Source: Gracilinanus agilis
Taxonomy: Eukaryota
NCBI RefSeq assembly: GCF_016433145.1
Contig: NC_058133.1
Span: 333,664,778-333,728,777 of the forward strand
Direction: 5' to 3'
Length of the DNA stretch: 64,000 bases
The notes below the pieces were generated by a model. It searched no databases, was not told the DNA's origin, and saw nothing but the letters and a program-made list of their open reading frames with translations. Positions 37,104-50,205 of this stretch are shown here, in pieces. The translations under genes and the position numbers were made by a program. The stretch's first letter is position 1, and every line of letters starts with the position of its first letter.

Positions 37104-37266
37104 CTGTAAAATGATCAAGGTTCTCCACAAGGTCAGGCAATGGACTTTGCTTCATGATTTTAATGCATATATTCTTCATTCGTTTGGTGAGCTTTAGCAA
37201 ACGGCCCTGCAGCAAGCCCTCCAAGGGGAAAGGAATGATATCGCGGCAGGATTCTGGAAGCAGAGT
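37104..37266 (-). CDS. MDN1: MDN1 exon 13/38 (TLLPESCRDIIPF...LVENLDHFT-G)
   Basis: 163 nt; acceptor gttttgtag, donor GTGGGT; phase 0 to 1. Confidence 0.93.
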
Positions 37267-38313
37267 CTACAAAACACAGGTGGGAATGACCTCCAACAAG
37301 CAAATAGATCATGGCCAGCTGGCAACAATGTGCTATCAAATTCACATGCCTCAAATACTCACTATCCCTTCTTTCATATCAGATCAGTATAAGCATTTGA
37401 ATGTCAGAGGGAGGGAAGGAGGAAGGAAAAAAATCAAAATGTATACTTCTTGACCTGGAAATTCAGAGATATAGCAGTGGATGTTTCTCAGACCCAGTAT
37501 ATAACACTGCCAATCCTCACCACAGTAACCATGGGTATAGACACAATGATTAGCATGGATAAAATGGAATTGCATGGTAGCTTTTTTTCTCCAAATGCTA
37601 AAAGAAAAACAGCACTGAAATGACTGGACTGTGAGCTGGAAGGGATCACCCACTGAGTTTGTCTAGTATAAGCCTTCCTGCTGGATCATGCAGTACCTAG
37701 AATGTTGGATTTATGGAATAAGAAAGTCTAGTTCAAATCCAGCCTCAGACACTTACTGACTAAACCTGGAGCAAGTCATTTAACCATGTATGCTTCAGTT
37801 TCCTCATCTGCAAAATGGGGGTGATAGCAATAGCACTTTTGTCACAGATGAAATAACATAAATAAAGCACTTGCAAATCTCAAGATGCTATACAAATGCT
37901 AACTCATTATCATCGTTGTTTATAGCTCTATCAAAGGGCTTGCCAAAGCCACACAGGTCACACAAGTGGAAGAGCCAGGATTCAATCTTAGGTTTTCTGA
38001 CTACAGATTCAGCATTCTTTTATTTTCCTGATTACCTCTGGGCCTCTGAAATAAACCAATCCATAAAGGAACAAGTAAGTGACATAGCATTATTAGCAGT
38101 ACACTCTGAATAGCCGAGCTAATGTATTTTGGGGTGGTTTGGGAGGAGGGAGGCTATTTTTGTTTTTTAAATGTAGGAAGATAGCAAGGTTATGCCCTGA
38201 ACCGAAGTTACCCTTTTCTTTTTTGAAAAGAAGTTTCAAGCATTAAGTCTCCAAATCTGAGACAAATAGTCACCTTTAGAGTAGAATCTTTTAATTCTAA
38301 AATGGATGAATGG

Positions 38314-39325
38314 GATTAGAAGGAAAGCAACAAACTGGGAGAACAATTTTATAACAAAACTCTCTGACAAAGGTTTAATTTCCCAAATATAAAGAAAATA
38401 AGTCAAATTTACAAAAAAATCAAGCCATTCTCCAATTGACAAATGGTCAAAGGACATGAATAGGCAGTTTTCACATAATGATATCAAGACTATCAATAAA
38501 CACATGAAAAAGTGTTCTAAATACCTCCTGATTAGAGAAATGCAAATTAAAACAACTCTGAGGCACCACCTTATACCTAGCAAACTGGCTAATATGGAAG
38601 CAAAGGAAAGTGATAAATGTTGGAGGGGATGTGGCAAAAGTGAGACACTAACACCCTGCTGGTGGAGTTGTGAACTGATCCAACCATTCTGGAGGGCAAT
38701 TTGGAACTATACATATGGTTCTGGATTTGTACCCCAAAGAGATAATAAGGAAAAAAACTTATACAAAAATATTTATAGCCACGCAAAAAATTGGAAAACA
38801 AGGGAGTATCCATTGATTGGGGAATGGCACAACAAATTATGGCATATGTTGGTGATCAAATATTATTGTGTTGAAAGGAATGGTGAACTGGAGGATTTCT
38901 ATGTGAACTGGAATAACTTCCAAGAATTGATGCAGAGTGAAAGGAGCAGAACCAGGAGAACATTGTACACAGAGACTGATACATTACAGTACAATCAAAT
39001 GTAATAGACTTCTCTACTAGTAGCAATGCAATGATCCAGGACAATCCAGAGGAACTTGTGAGAAAGAACCCTATCCACATCCAGAGAAAGAACTGTGGAA
39101 ATGGAAATGCATTAAGGATATGTTTGGGGTTTTGATGCTAAATGATCACTCTACTACAGACATGAAGAACATGGAAATAGGTTTTGAACAATGATACATG
39201 TATAACCCAGTGGAAATACTTGTTGGATTTGGGAGGGGGGAAGAAAGAGTAGGGTTGGGGGATCATGAAGCATATAACCATAGAAATATGTTCTAAATTA
39301 AAAAAGGAAAAAAATAAAAATAAAA
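38314..39325 (+). mobile_element. 5'-truncated L1 (ORF2 C-terminus with CCHC region plus 3'UTR)
   Basis: ORF 38456-39004 (CWRGCGK...CWW); perfect 16-bp TSD taaaatggatgaatgg (38298-38313, 39326-39341). Confidence 0.93.
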
Positions 39326-40630
39326 TAAAATGGATGAATGGTAATCAAATTCTATGCCATCAGGTCAGATATAAGAGACAGGTATGGAGATGGAGTAACC
39401 TATCAAAGGCTGACATATGTGAATTAACTGAAAAATAAAGGCCTGAACATGGAAGACTTTTATGAACTTATGAAGCAAGCAGAGGTAGGAAGAGAACATA
39501 TAAAAATAAATTAATGTAAATGAAGGAGTTGAGGGAAAAACTGAAGATGCAGTCAAATCCTGATGAACTGTTACCACTTGGAGAACAAATGAAGAAATGT
39601 ATTTCTCTCCATCTTGGTACAGGATGTCACAGCCACTATAAGATAAAGTTGCTCTTCTCCTTGGTTTTGCTTGGTTACATGAGAAGATTCAATAGGGGTG
39701 GGTAAAGGAGAGGAGAGGTGGGTATAAGGAAATGAGTAACATTAAAACAAAAATGGATTTTTGTTTTTGTTTTAAAGAAAGAAAAGAAAGCTAAAAAACT
39801 TTCAATTCTACACAGTGTTAAAAATTTAGGGGAAATCAAATTGTTATGCAAGTAGATAAATTTTGAGGTTTCTTCCTTTTGACAGACCTCCCAAGTGGAT
39901 GGAAACATCTAACAAAAACACCATTTATCTCCATTTTGGTGGCAGAGAGATTTTTAAACTCAACCTTCTGGCTCTCCTTATAACTATACTGAGAAGGTAC
40001 AAGGAAATTAGAAACGCTATCTGTCCAACCCAACAAGTATTTGCTGAAATGCACCCTCAGTACGAGCCATTCATTGTGCTAAACACTAGAGACCCCAAAA
40101 CAAAACAAGAAATGACCCATGACATCTAAGAGTTGATGGGCAGAGGTGGTTTTTCAGCATGTAAAGAGATGATAATTTGAGAGGGAAGAACCCATTCCCT
40201 ACAGGTAATGGAAGAAGCTTGCAGTAGGAGGTGATGCTTGAGATGAAACCTGAAGTAGAAAGCAGCTCACTATCCCAAAGCTCTCCTCAGGCCCTCTCAA
40301 TCTGAAATACGATGACCATCCAGCACAGCCTCACTAATGTGGAGGCCAAAGGTAGTGGTGTAAACAACATCGTGGATTACTGTGTTCTCCTAAGTTACAA
40401 TGCCAGGAAGACTCACATTTAATGCCAAGACTAAGCTCTCACTGCACTGCTGAGTCAGATGCTTAGTTGGGCAAACAACAAAGACTTAAAACTTCTTTTA
40501 AGAGCAATACTTCAAAAACTTTAATTGCCTTGTTTGGGTTACAGATACAGCTGTGTAGAAGGCAGGAATCTATCATTCAGAAGCAATAAGAAATCAATAG
40601 AAAATTTCCCAGCAGTAAGTGAGTACATAC

Positions 40631-40826
40631 CTGGGTGCTGCCTGATCTAGCTAAAAGAGTTTGCACCAGAATGCTGTTCAGACTTTGAATTGGAGTTTTC
40701 TCCCCATCTGCTACTGGTTGCTTCTGTAGACAATCTAGTTGCCCTTCCTGGGTACTTTCCACCAAGGAAGGCCTGCAGGGTTCACTCAAGACAGCTTCAA
40801 ATTTCTTCATGAACTTAAAGAGGGTC
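40631..40826 (-). CDS. MDN1: MDN1 exon 12/38 (TLFKFMKKFEAVLSEPCR...LARSGSTQ)
   Basis: 196 nt; acceptor tgattag, donor GTATGT; phase 2 to 0. Confidence 0.94.
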
Positions 40827-41353
40827 CTAATCACAATCAATAATAACAATTAGGGGATAGGTAAACAAGAGGGGAAAATGTTTTAAGACCTTTATGACGT
40901 CTTCATACTTGCCCTCTTTACATCCACATTTTAATTTTTTTAATTTTAATTGAATTTAAATTTAATTCACACATTAATATACAAAATAGTATTCTTGATC
41001 TAGGGTCTAAGAATGTGTGTGCATGTTTGTATATTTTTTAATTTTGAAAACTATTTCAATAAATTGGTTTCTTTAAAATCCTGTTTTATTTTATGCATTT
41101 AGAACATTGTTCTAGAAGCTATCTATAGGCTTCAGCAGACTGCCAAAAAATTTAGTGATACAAAGTAAGTTAAGAACTCCTATACTAGGTACTTGAGGCA
41201 TGCTGTACATACAAAGAGTATAGGAACTTTCTGAAGTCTAATGCCATCTATTGTCCTACCATTGTCACAAGTGTATTACAAGCATACTTGCTGCTCCTTA
41301 TAAAAATGCAACTCATTTTCCACTTAAAACTTCACAAAGAGTTTTATTACTAC

Positions 41354-41427
41354 CTGTGTGTCTTTTCCACAGACTGTTTTATAGCCCAGAAGCTAACATC
41401 ATTCCACTTGGAGATCTTAACAAATTC
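41354..41427 (-). CDS. MDN1: MDN1 exon 11/38 (EFVKISKWNDVSFWAIKQSVEKTH-R)
   Basis: 74 nt; acceptor tattacag, donor GTAGTA; phase 0 to 2. Confidence 0.95.
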
Positions 41428-41534
41428 CTGTAATATAAGCAGAAATCAAAACCTGTTTATAAAACTTGGCACAAGGTCTATTTTTAGGATCATAAACTTA
41501 AAGAAACAGAAATGACCTCAGAGATCATCTAGTC

Positions 41535-41821
41535 CCATAATGTGAACCTATGGCACATGTGCCAAATATGGTAAGCAGAGAACTCTATGTGGGCATGCAT
41601 AAGCCCTTGGCTTTGGCCAGCTAGTAGCCTGCCCCCATCCCCCAAAAAGGGTATGGGGCACTGGAACTTCCTCCAGGAATTCAGCCCCTTCCCTGAACAC
41701 CAGGGAGGGAGGGTGGGGGACTGCATGCAGTCAGGGAGTGGGGCATGGTATGCAATTAGGGGGAAAGGAGGGCGCCACGGGTGCCTAACACGGGGGACCC
41801 TAAAAAGGTTCCCCATCACTG
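41535..41821. mobile_element. hAT-Charlie MITE, 287 bp, inserted in a MIR-like sequence
   Basis: Right TIR aggttccccatcactg, decayed left TIR ccataatgtgaacct; perfect 8-bp TSD atctagtc (41527-41534, 41822-41829). Confidence 0.85.
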
Positions 41822-42204
41822 ATCTAGTCCAACCGTTGGAGGGCATAGTCCAACACCTTCACCTTACACATGAGAAAATTAAGGCTCAAAAAGAAGTGAT
41901 TTGCCTAATACCCAATATTGAAATTCCTATTCCTATACTCTTACATATTGAAACCCAAATACACAGACTCTAAACTCAACCTTCTCTTAACAGCGCCTGC
42001 TTCATTGATGCTTATACAATCCAGAAGCAGGTCCAGTGTTCATCTGCAAACTACAGAAATGAGTGTGGCAAGTAAAACAAGTTTAAACAAAAGGTCACTG
42101 AGTTTTACATGTGACATTCGAAAAAGCCAGGTTCTCTTACGCTTTCTCTCTCTTGCTCCTAGAGGGCCCTATATTATTTTAGTGCTTGTTTAAAGGTAAT
42201 TAGT

Positions 42205-42735
42205 GGGTTGCTAGATGGCTCAGTGGATTGGGAGCCAGACTAGAGATGGTTGGACCTGGGTTTAAATATGGATATAGGAAAGTCACTTAACTCCTATTGC
42301 CTAGCCCTTACTGTCTTTTCTGCCTGGGAACCAAATCCATAGTATTAATTGTAAGGTGAAAGGCATGAGTTATTTTTTACAATTAAAATCAATGATCCAC
42401 TTGAGCATTCACATGTCCTGGTACTTAGTACCTACAGCTCAGAAGTTTACCACTGGAACCACAGAATTAGTCAGTTCTTATTATCACCTTACTTAATCGA
42501 TAAAGAGTCTATGTAGTAAGAGGCTGAAACTTATGTTAAAACTAATGTCTGAGGGGGCAGTTGGGTGGTCTGTGGAATGAGAGCCAAGCCTAGGAAATGA
42601 GATCCTGGGTTCAAATATGGCTCAGACACTTCCTAGCTGTGTGACCCTAGGCAAGTCACTCCCATTGCCTAGCCCTTACCACTCTTCAGCCTTGGAACTA
42701 AGACAGAAAGTAAGGGTTTAAAACAAAACAACAAC
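42205..42735 (+). mobile_element. Two older SINE1 copies (about 42205-42375 and 42564-42735)
   Basis: Degenerate SINE1 heads and tails. Confidence 0.8.
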
Positions 42736-43235
42736 AAAACAACTTATGTCTGATTCAGTGGAAAGAGTCCCTGACTGAGTTTGCATACTGGCTATGCCAT
42801 CTACTACTTGAGTGAACTTTCTGGGCCTTAATTCATTCATTTTAAAAATAAGGAAATTGGGCAAGACAACCATCACTAAGGTACCTTCCAACTCTAAATC
42901 TATAATCCTTTAAGTTTTAAACGGAAAAAATATGGTCAAATAGTTCTTTGCTCACCCAAGTCTAAAAGGAAGATAAAATGGTATGGGATAAAGGTGAAGG
43001 GCAATGACAAATGTAACTCTAGGGTATTTGACAGAATAGGCAAACACTAACCTTAAAACCTACATTTTATCATATTGTTTTACAATAGCAATCATATCCC
43101 CTTTCCCAAATTACTATTCTTTAACAAAATCCTCATGATTATTCAATGATTTAAAATTTAGGAGTTCTCTAAAATAATTTTGCATTTGCTAAGGTGTTCT
43201 TCTGATGAACCACCCAAGACAAATGCTTCTCTTAC

Positions 43236-43345
43236 CTTTAGCTCTTTTTCTAGTGGGGATCGAAGTTCCTCAATTCGGGCCTGGACTCTACCTGAGAACT
43301 GCTTATAATAATGGTACAAATTCCAAAGAACACTGCACAGTGAAT
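43236..43345 (-). CDS. MDN1: MDN1 exon 10/38 (SLCSVLWNLYHYYKQF...PLEKELK)
   Basis: 110 nt; acceptor tttctttcag, donor GTAAGA; phase 1 to 0. Confidence 0.96.
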
Positions 43346-43728
43346 CTGAAAGAAATAAAAGGGGGGAAAGGATAACAATTGTTTCTAAAAGGAGGCTTTC
43401 CCTCAGAGCACCATAACACAAGTGGACATCAATAAATTCCAATATGATTCAAAGACTGTGTGCCTGGAGAGGCTAAATATCTATTGGTAACTTTGCTAAA
43501 GCTTAGGGTCATCACAGGTTTAACATAGGAACTTTTTTCCCTTTGATTTCCAGATCAAGCCTTCTGAATTCTTCAGTCGCTTTCGGAGTGGCTCTTGCCC
43601 TGCCCTCACCTCTTAAAAAGCAGAATCAGAAGTATTGTCATGAAAAGATCTTCTAAATAATCCCTTAAACAAGACAGAAGCCAACAAATATTGTCTATCT
43701 TACTATTTAGATTGAAAATAGGCTGCAA

Positions 43729-44460
43729 TGGGGCAGCTAGTAATCTCAGTTGATAAGAGAGCCAGGACTGAATATGGGCGGGCATAGGACCTTCAAGTCT
43801 GGTTTCAGATACTTCGTTGCTGTTTGATCTAGAGAAAGTCACAACCCCAAATTGCCTAGCCCTCACCACTCTTCTGCCTGGAAACCAAGACTTAGTATTG
43901 ATTATAAGAAGGAAGGTAAGCTGAACAAATTGTGGTATATGATGGTGAAGGAATACTATTGTACTATAAAGAATGATGAATGTTTGACTTCTATATAAAC
44001 TGGGAAGACCTCCATGAACTGCTGCAGAGTGAAATGAACAGAACCAGGAGATCATTATACACAATAAGTGAAACACTGTGGGACAATCAAATGTAACAAA
44101 CTTTGCTATTAATAGTAATGTAATGATCCAGGACAATACTAAGGAACTTATGAGAAAGAACACTATCCACATCTAGATAAAGAACTATGGGAGTAGAAAA
44201 ACATGATTTATCACTATATGGGTATAGGATTTAGGGTTTTGGTTTTAAAAGATCAATAATATGGAAATAGGTATTGAGGGATAATGCATGTATAACACAG
44301 TAGAATTGCGTGTCAGTTCCAGGAGAGGGGAGGGAGAAAATATGAATCATGTAACCTTGGAAAAATACCTAAAAATAAATTAATTTAAATTTTTTTAATT
44401 GAGAAGGAAGGTATTTTAAAAAAACAACAAAGTAGGCTGCAAAAAAAAAAAAAAGTACTT
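43729..44460 (+). mobile_element. SINE1 (43729-43918, tail resumes at 44402) interrupted by an L1 3' fragment (43919-44401)
   Basis: 12-bp TSD agaaggaaggta (43907-43918, 44402-44413) flanks the L1 3' sequence. Confidence 0.88.
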
Positions 44461-45052
44461 CACTTATCCATGGCCGAGGGAACTGCAGCCACTCTTTAAT
44501 CTACAATCAATCAGCATTTATTTCACTTTGAATATTTTTCTCTGCATTTAGTTATTCTACACTAAAATAAATAACTAAATAAGGTATATCCTGTAAACCA
44601 GACTACAAGAAAATGTCATCTACATTTTTTCCCTCTTGAGTCAGAGTTTACTAATAATACATTATATGAAATAATAACTAGATTCGTGATTTCATGTGTT
44701 ACAAGGAATTCACAGGTATGAAAAACTCTTTTTACCAATGCAGGGCATCACCTTCTTTTAGACCAGGGTATGAGTAATCTACAGCTTGCAATAAGACTTC
44801 ATTTAAAAAGGTAAAAAACATTCTTAGATGGGAAATGAGGGTAAAAGAGAAATAGGAGGGAACAGAGTTTATCTGCAAATCAGCCAGATTGATGACCCTA
44901 TCTTGGAGTTGCCTTGGGCACTAAGAGGAAAATAACTGGTTCAAGATTGCACAACCTCCTAGGACTTCCTGGTCCTTTCTCCCCTCTACCCCTTGCTGCC
45001 TCTTCAATGCAATATAGGAATAACATATTATTTTTTAAAGAACCAAACTTAC

Positions 45053-45202
45053 CTTTTCCTTCTACCTGTGGCATCAACAAGACATGACAATGGAAAACTA
45101 GCAACATCTGAAGTCGTACGTGGAATTCTCCCAGGGAGGCTCCTTCAATGAAAGCTTGTAAAGTGCTGACCAACATTGTCAGTGCCATTTTCCTATCACA
45201 TT
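45053..45202 (-). CDS. MDN1: MDN1 exon 9/38 (CDRKMALTMLVSTLQAFIEG...LLMPQVEGK)
   Basis: 150 nt; acceptor ttcttcccag, donor GTAAGT; phase 1 to 1. Confidence 0.95.
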
Positions 45203-45359
45203 CTGGGAAGAATTTAAACAGAAAAGTATATATTTCTGGCACATCTGACAGCAGCATATGTAATTTACTGGCTCTAAGATATATGAGGTGATGAGAAAGG
45301 CTATTTAGTCATAAAGGTGTTCCAAAGGTGAATGAGTATTGGCATAATTTAAGCTTGAA

Positions 45360-45505
45360 NNNNNNNNNNNNNNNNNNNNNNNNNNNNNNNNNNNNNNNNN
45401 NNNNNNNNNNNNNNNNNNNNNNNNNNNNNNNNNNNNNNNNNNNNNNNNNNNNNNNNNNNNNNNNNNNNNNNNNNNNNNNNNNNNNNNNNNNNNNNNNNNN
45501 NNNNN
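45360..45505. other. Assembly gap (146 N)
   Basis: Run of N. Confidence 1.
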
Positions 45506-46932
45506 TTGAAGTAAGTTCCCTGAAAGTAAAGATTGTTTCATTTGTCACCTCCTCTCAGCACCAAATAGTGTCTAGCATGGATAAATGTTTAGTGATGGAT
45601 AAAGAGCATGAAACAGACAAATTAATGTGTGCTCTGACAAAAGAGCACAGGCTTTTTTGTAGTCTTGTGGAAAGAGTACTGGACTACATAAACAAAAAAT
45701 ATGTTTATCAGGACTAACTAGCTCTTCCATTGTGGACTTTGGGCAAGTCTGATAAAATCTGCTCACTTCTGGGTAAAATGGGGGTGATGTTTATATAAAG
45801 ATAATCACCTGAGCCCAACGAGGAATTTTTATACCTGAGCAAGTATCACACCCTAGAAAACCAGTTAGGAAGTCTCTCTCCACTTGGGGGAGGCAGATTC
45901 CTCATCCAGTTTTAACTAACACTCCTGCTAAGTAGCAAGGAAATTCATTTCACTCTGCAGAAAGGTTAAAATTAAATTCTAAATCTAGCACACTGGGAAA
46001 TGCTTTAGTCATCTATCATTCATATGATCAATCAATAAGCATTTATCAATCACCTATAAAGGCAGAGCCACTGAACAGCAGGCAATGGGAATGGAGATAT
46101 AAAAAATGAAGGAATCCCTAATCATTCTAATAAGGAGTCAAGTCAGGAGAATCAATACAAATAAATACAAAATCGATAGAATGTAGTTGGAAAGGGAAAG
46201 AAAGGGAGAAGGAGAGATACTTGCAGTTGGGTGGAGGGAGAGGGGGAGGGATAGGAAAGATTTCATGTAGAAGGAGGTAAGTATGCTATGTCTTAAAGCA
46301 AAATAAGGAATCTAGAAGGCAGAAGTTAGTTGGGATTATATTCTAGGCATACTGGAAAGCCAGAGCAAAGCCAGAGAGATGAAACAAGTGTGAGGAGCAG
46401 AGAAGCTAACTTGGGCTGAACTGCAGCATTACAGGGAGGAAGGGACAATAAAGGGAAAGATCATTTGAGGGCATGTCACAAAGAGATCTAAAAACTAAAG
46501 GGAAAGAGGAGTTTCTGTTTTGTTCTAGAGGAAACAAGGATCCAATGGAACTGACCTAGTAAGGGAGTAACAAAATCAGATCTGTACTTCAAGAAAATCA
46601 TTTTTGTATCAGTGTGTAGAATAGCCTGGAATGAGAAGAGACTTAAGGCAAAAGGAGACCAGGTAAAAGCTGTTGTAGCAACATTGGGCAAAAAAAATAA
46701 GGCCTAAAGAACTAAGGTAGCAGGCAAGTGAGTAAAGAGAAAGGGACAACAGATGTAAGACAAGATGCAAGGTAAAGGTAGAGGTAAAAAATTGCCCTAT
46801 TTGACAAATGAGGTGAGGATGAGTGAGTAGGTCAGGATAATGCAATGGTTACTTTTAAAAAATGAGTTCACATACCCTATGTTAGCCCCTGCGACAAAGG
46901 AATTGATACTGCTAACTGTTAGAGATCATTAC

Positions 46933-47054
46933 CTTCCTTCCCTTCTGTTTGCTCTTGCATATGTTTCTCAAGCATCTGATAGATAGAAAACCAGTGTTTG
47001 GTGGATTTTTCCATGTGTCGTTTCATGGTATTATCTAGACTTGTGGACCAGCAG
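46933..47054 (-). CDS. MDN1: MDN1 exon 8/38 (CWSTSLDNTMKRH...QEQTEGKE)
   Basis: 122 nt; acceptor tgttttag, donor GTAATG; phase 2 to 1. Confidence 0.95.
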
Positions 47055-47504
47055 CTAAAACATGAGAAGAGACCCAAGCTGTTAGTTTGGATTCTGGATT
47101 ATAGAAGAAGGGGTCGAATAACTATAATTTTCTTTTCCCAAGTGAATATTAAGGAGAAACCCCTGAACTGCTGGAGGAGTCAAATTAGTTCATACTAAAT
47201 TGATAGGACATCAAAATCCATGCACAGCACATTAAATACTCATTTGAAAAAAAATGAAGAATTGTAAAATTCATTTATGTTTGTACTTCTATAACACAGA
47301 GGTGTCAAACACTTGGCCTACAACATTCCCAAGGAGAACAAACAAAATATAAATATCACCTTTTAAAATTAAATAATTACGCTGCCCACATGGATCCTTA
47401 TGTACTGATTAAAGGATCCCAGTTTCATCTGAACTTGACTTCATTGGTTTGGGGAGTGGAGGAGAGGGCAGAGAGAAGGTTAAGAGGCAGACAATACCAC
47501 TTAC

Positions 47505-47599
47505 TTAAGCTCTAATTTGCGCCACTGGATGATTAGATGACTGACCAGATCAAGATGTTTACGTAAAGACAGAGTTCGGCTGGCATTCTCTTCCCAATC
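47505..47599 (-). CDS. MDN1: MDN1 exon 7/38 (DWEENASRTLSLRKHLDLVSHLIIQWRKLEL-N)
   Basis: 95 nt; acceptor ttcctttag, donor GTAAGT; phase 0 to 2. Confidence 0.95.
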
Positions 47600-47811
47600 C
47601 TAAAGGAAACAAAAGTACCTTTTTATCAGCTAAGTGAGAATGCAAGCCCTAGACAGTTCTCTAAGTTTATAAACTGAGGAACAGTTGCTGGTCTGAATTG
47701 ATGGAAAGGGTTTGCTCCTGGGGAGTTCCCTATATTAATCATAGTTCTGATCCTACCCACCTCTGCCACCCACTCACCCCCCAAAACATCTTAATAATGC
47801 AACTACTTTAC

Positions 47812-47907
47812 CTGGGACTTTGCCAAAAGGATCTCTAAGCCATTTAGAAACTTTGAAAGAGGACTAGAGAGTGGAAAGCTTCGGATTCTGTCCATCACAA
47901 CCATAAG
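47812..47907 (-). CDS. MDN1: MDN1 exon 6/38 (LMVVMDRIRSFPLSSPLSKFLNGLEILLAKSQ)
   Basis: 96 nt; acceptor ttctttag, donor GTAAAG; phase 0 to 0. Confidence 0.95.
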
Positions 47908-48050
47908 CTAAAGAATAAAGAAAACTTTGTCTTAAATAGTGCTCATCTGCACACTCTGTTCAACCACACACTTCAAGTCTGAAATCAAAAGGCATTTATG
48001 TTTTCTGCTTTGAAAATAAACTATCCAATGCATTAAAATCAGTAAGGAAA

Positions 48051-48246
48051 GGGGCAACTGGGTAGCTCATTGGATTGAGAGCCAGGCCTAGAGACAGGAG
48101 GTCCTAGGTTCAAATCTGACCTCAGACACTTCCCAGCTGTGTGACCCTGGGCAAGTCACTTGACCCCCATTGCCTACCCTTACCACTCTTCTGCCTTGGA
48201 GCCAATACACAGTATTGACTCCAAGACAGAAGATAAGGGTTTAAAA
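48051..48246 (+). mobile_element. Young SINE1
   Basis: Near-consensus copy; perfect 16-bp TSD aaaatcagtaaggaaa (48035-48050, 48247-48262). Confidence 0.93.
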
Positions 48247-49273
48247 AAAATCAGTAAGGAAAAAAGAACTAGAAGGCAAAAGGAATGCAACAGGCTGGCC
48301 CTGACTGACCTGGGCTCTCTCTGCTTTGCTCTGGAACCCATATCTCACAGATGTGATGAAATGGATCCAGTCTCCCATGGGAATATCATTTAAGACAGCT
48401 AAAAAAAAAATCTCAAAACTGCAATGGTATGTTTTGAAAAAAGGTCTTATTCTGATTATATCTTTTTTTATTCTGATTATTTCTTGAGGAAAACTACACG
48501 GCACGTGTACACTGGAATCAGAATTTGCAATTATCTTTTCGGTTTTTCACAACATTCCCACTCAAGCATTCTGTTCTAGACAAATTAGATGCCTTGTCAT
48601 TCTATACTTTTCCACCTCCAAATCTTTTCCCCAATGATTCCCTATGGACCATCCATAGGATGTCTTTTTTTTTCCAGTTGTTGAAATCTTACCTCATCCT
48701 TCAAGGTGTAATGCTCCCTCCCCTTCATGAAAGTTTTCCTGATATGCCCCAGGAGGAAAGATCTCATTTTCATGTGATTTCATACTATATTTCCCACATT
48801 CAAATATTTATTATGTTAACCATAATGTATTGTATGCTTTTACATGCAGAAGAACCAAGAGAGTGAAGTCCCCAAAACCCAGAACAAAAACAGTATCCAG
48901 AAGGAGGTGGTTATTGACAGTGACAAATGTTTCAGAAAGGTCAAGAAGAATTGAGATTAAGAGAAGAGTATTAGACTTGATAAGTAAGAGATCGTTAATA
49001 AATGGAGAGAGAGCACCATTTCAGTTGAATAAAGAGGTCAGAAGCCAAAGTAGAGTTTAGGACCAAGGAAGAAAATTCTCCAACCCTGCCTCTCCCCCTC
49101 CCTCTCCCCAATGACCACCTTTGACCAGAGTTGTGCATGTATTATAAATAACTATCACATGTTAATCTGTATTCAAAGAAATGGAACAACTAAAAAACAA
49201 TTTTTACAATTGAAACATGTATGTGCATTTGCTTGCAATATGTGATTGCTACGGACAAACCCGATGTACTTAC

Positions 49274-49509
49274 TTGCATGAGGGCTGGGTGCTCTGGCCA
49301 GTCCTTCAGAAGTCGATTTACTTCCTCGGTAAAGTCATACAGCACAGGCTGGCACTGTCTGACTTCCTTTATGTTGGGATGCTGATAAAAGTCATATGGT
49401 CCATCAGGTTTCAAAGCCAAGTCTGAGGTTCCCTCATCAAAGAGAGTGTTGTAGAAGAGAGTACTGCCCAAGAGCTGGCTGCCCAGGAGCCTGTCATTCA
49501 CTTCAGAAC
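49274..49509 (-). CDS. MDN1: MDN1 exon 5/38 (SEVNDRLLGSQLL...DWPEHPALMQ)
   Basis: 236 nt; acceptor ttttgtag, donor GTAAGT; phase 1 to 0. Confidence 0.96.
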
Positions 49510-50205
49510 CTACAAAACCAGATAACAAGAACAAGGTGGATGATCATTGGACTGAGGCTCTTCTTCATAAAAGGGAGTTTGTTTTTGGTGGTGATTGTTA
49601 TTTTTAAATAGTAAATCTGAAAGATGATTAAGCAAAAAAAAAAAAAAATGACAGGCAAAGAGCAAAGCTGCCATTAAGTGAAAAGAAAAAATAGCATTGG
49701 TGAATTTATCTTCAGAACATTCCAGGTATGGCAGAAGGGTGGTTACCAGCATGTCTAAAGGATGGTTCCAGACTCCCAATTTCTGTAATACGGAGAAACA
49801 TAATATTTGTCCTTTAGATGGACTTTACCTGTCAGCTTTTATAGCTCTTCCATCTGAGAAAAAATTAAAACTACCTTTCCAGTTTGGGAGTGCCAGGGAA
49901 GATATATATGAATAATCCAAGAATCCACACACTCCTAACACCCAGTTGTGAAGTTCCCCATCCCTTTACTTGTTTCACAAGATTTTATGGCATTTTTATG
50001 CATTAAACACTCAAAACAGTTGTGCAATATGAGAGTGCTTAGAAGCCTTATGGGAATGAAATTATCTAACAGGAATATAATTTTCATCCTCTTAATATCC
50101 AACAAATTTGGAGCCAAACAATTTCATTTCCTGAGGAAAACAAAATTGTTCTTTGGTCATTTGAGTCATGTCTGACTCTTCAAAACTTCATCTGAAGTTT
50201 TCTTG

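Noticed and set aside
38456-39004. 182-aa plus-strand ORF (also 138-386 and 61506-61865)
   Set aside because: These are decayed L1 ORF2 C-termini, not host genes.
43606-44172. 188-aa minus-strand ORF
   Set aside because: It is a chance read-through of antisense L1 and SINE1 sequence.
45360-45505. Possible exon hidden in the assembly gaps (also 55581-55926)
   Set aside because: The flanking exons join in frame with continuous midasin similarity. The ORFs through the Ns are artefacts.
47297-47430. Possible additional hAT MITE starting cagaggtgtcaaac
   Set aside because: The right TIR and TSD are too decayed to support a call.
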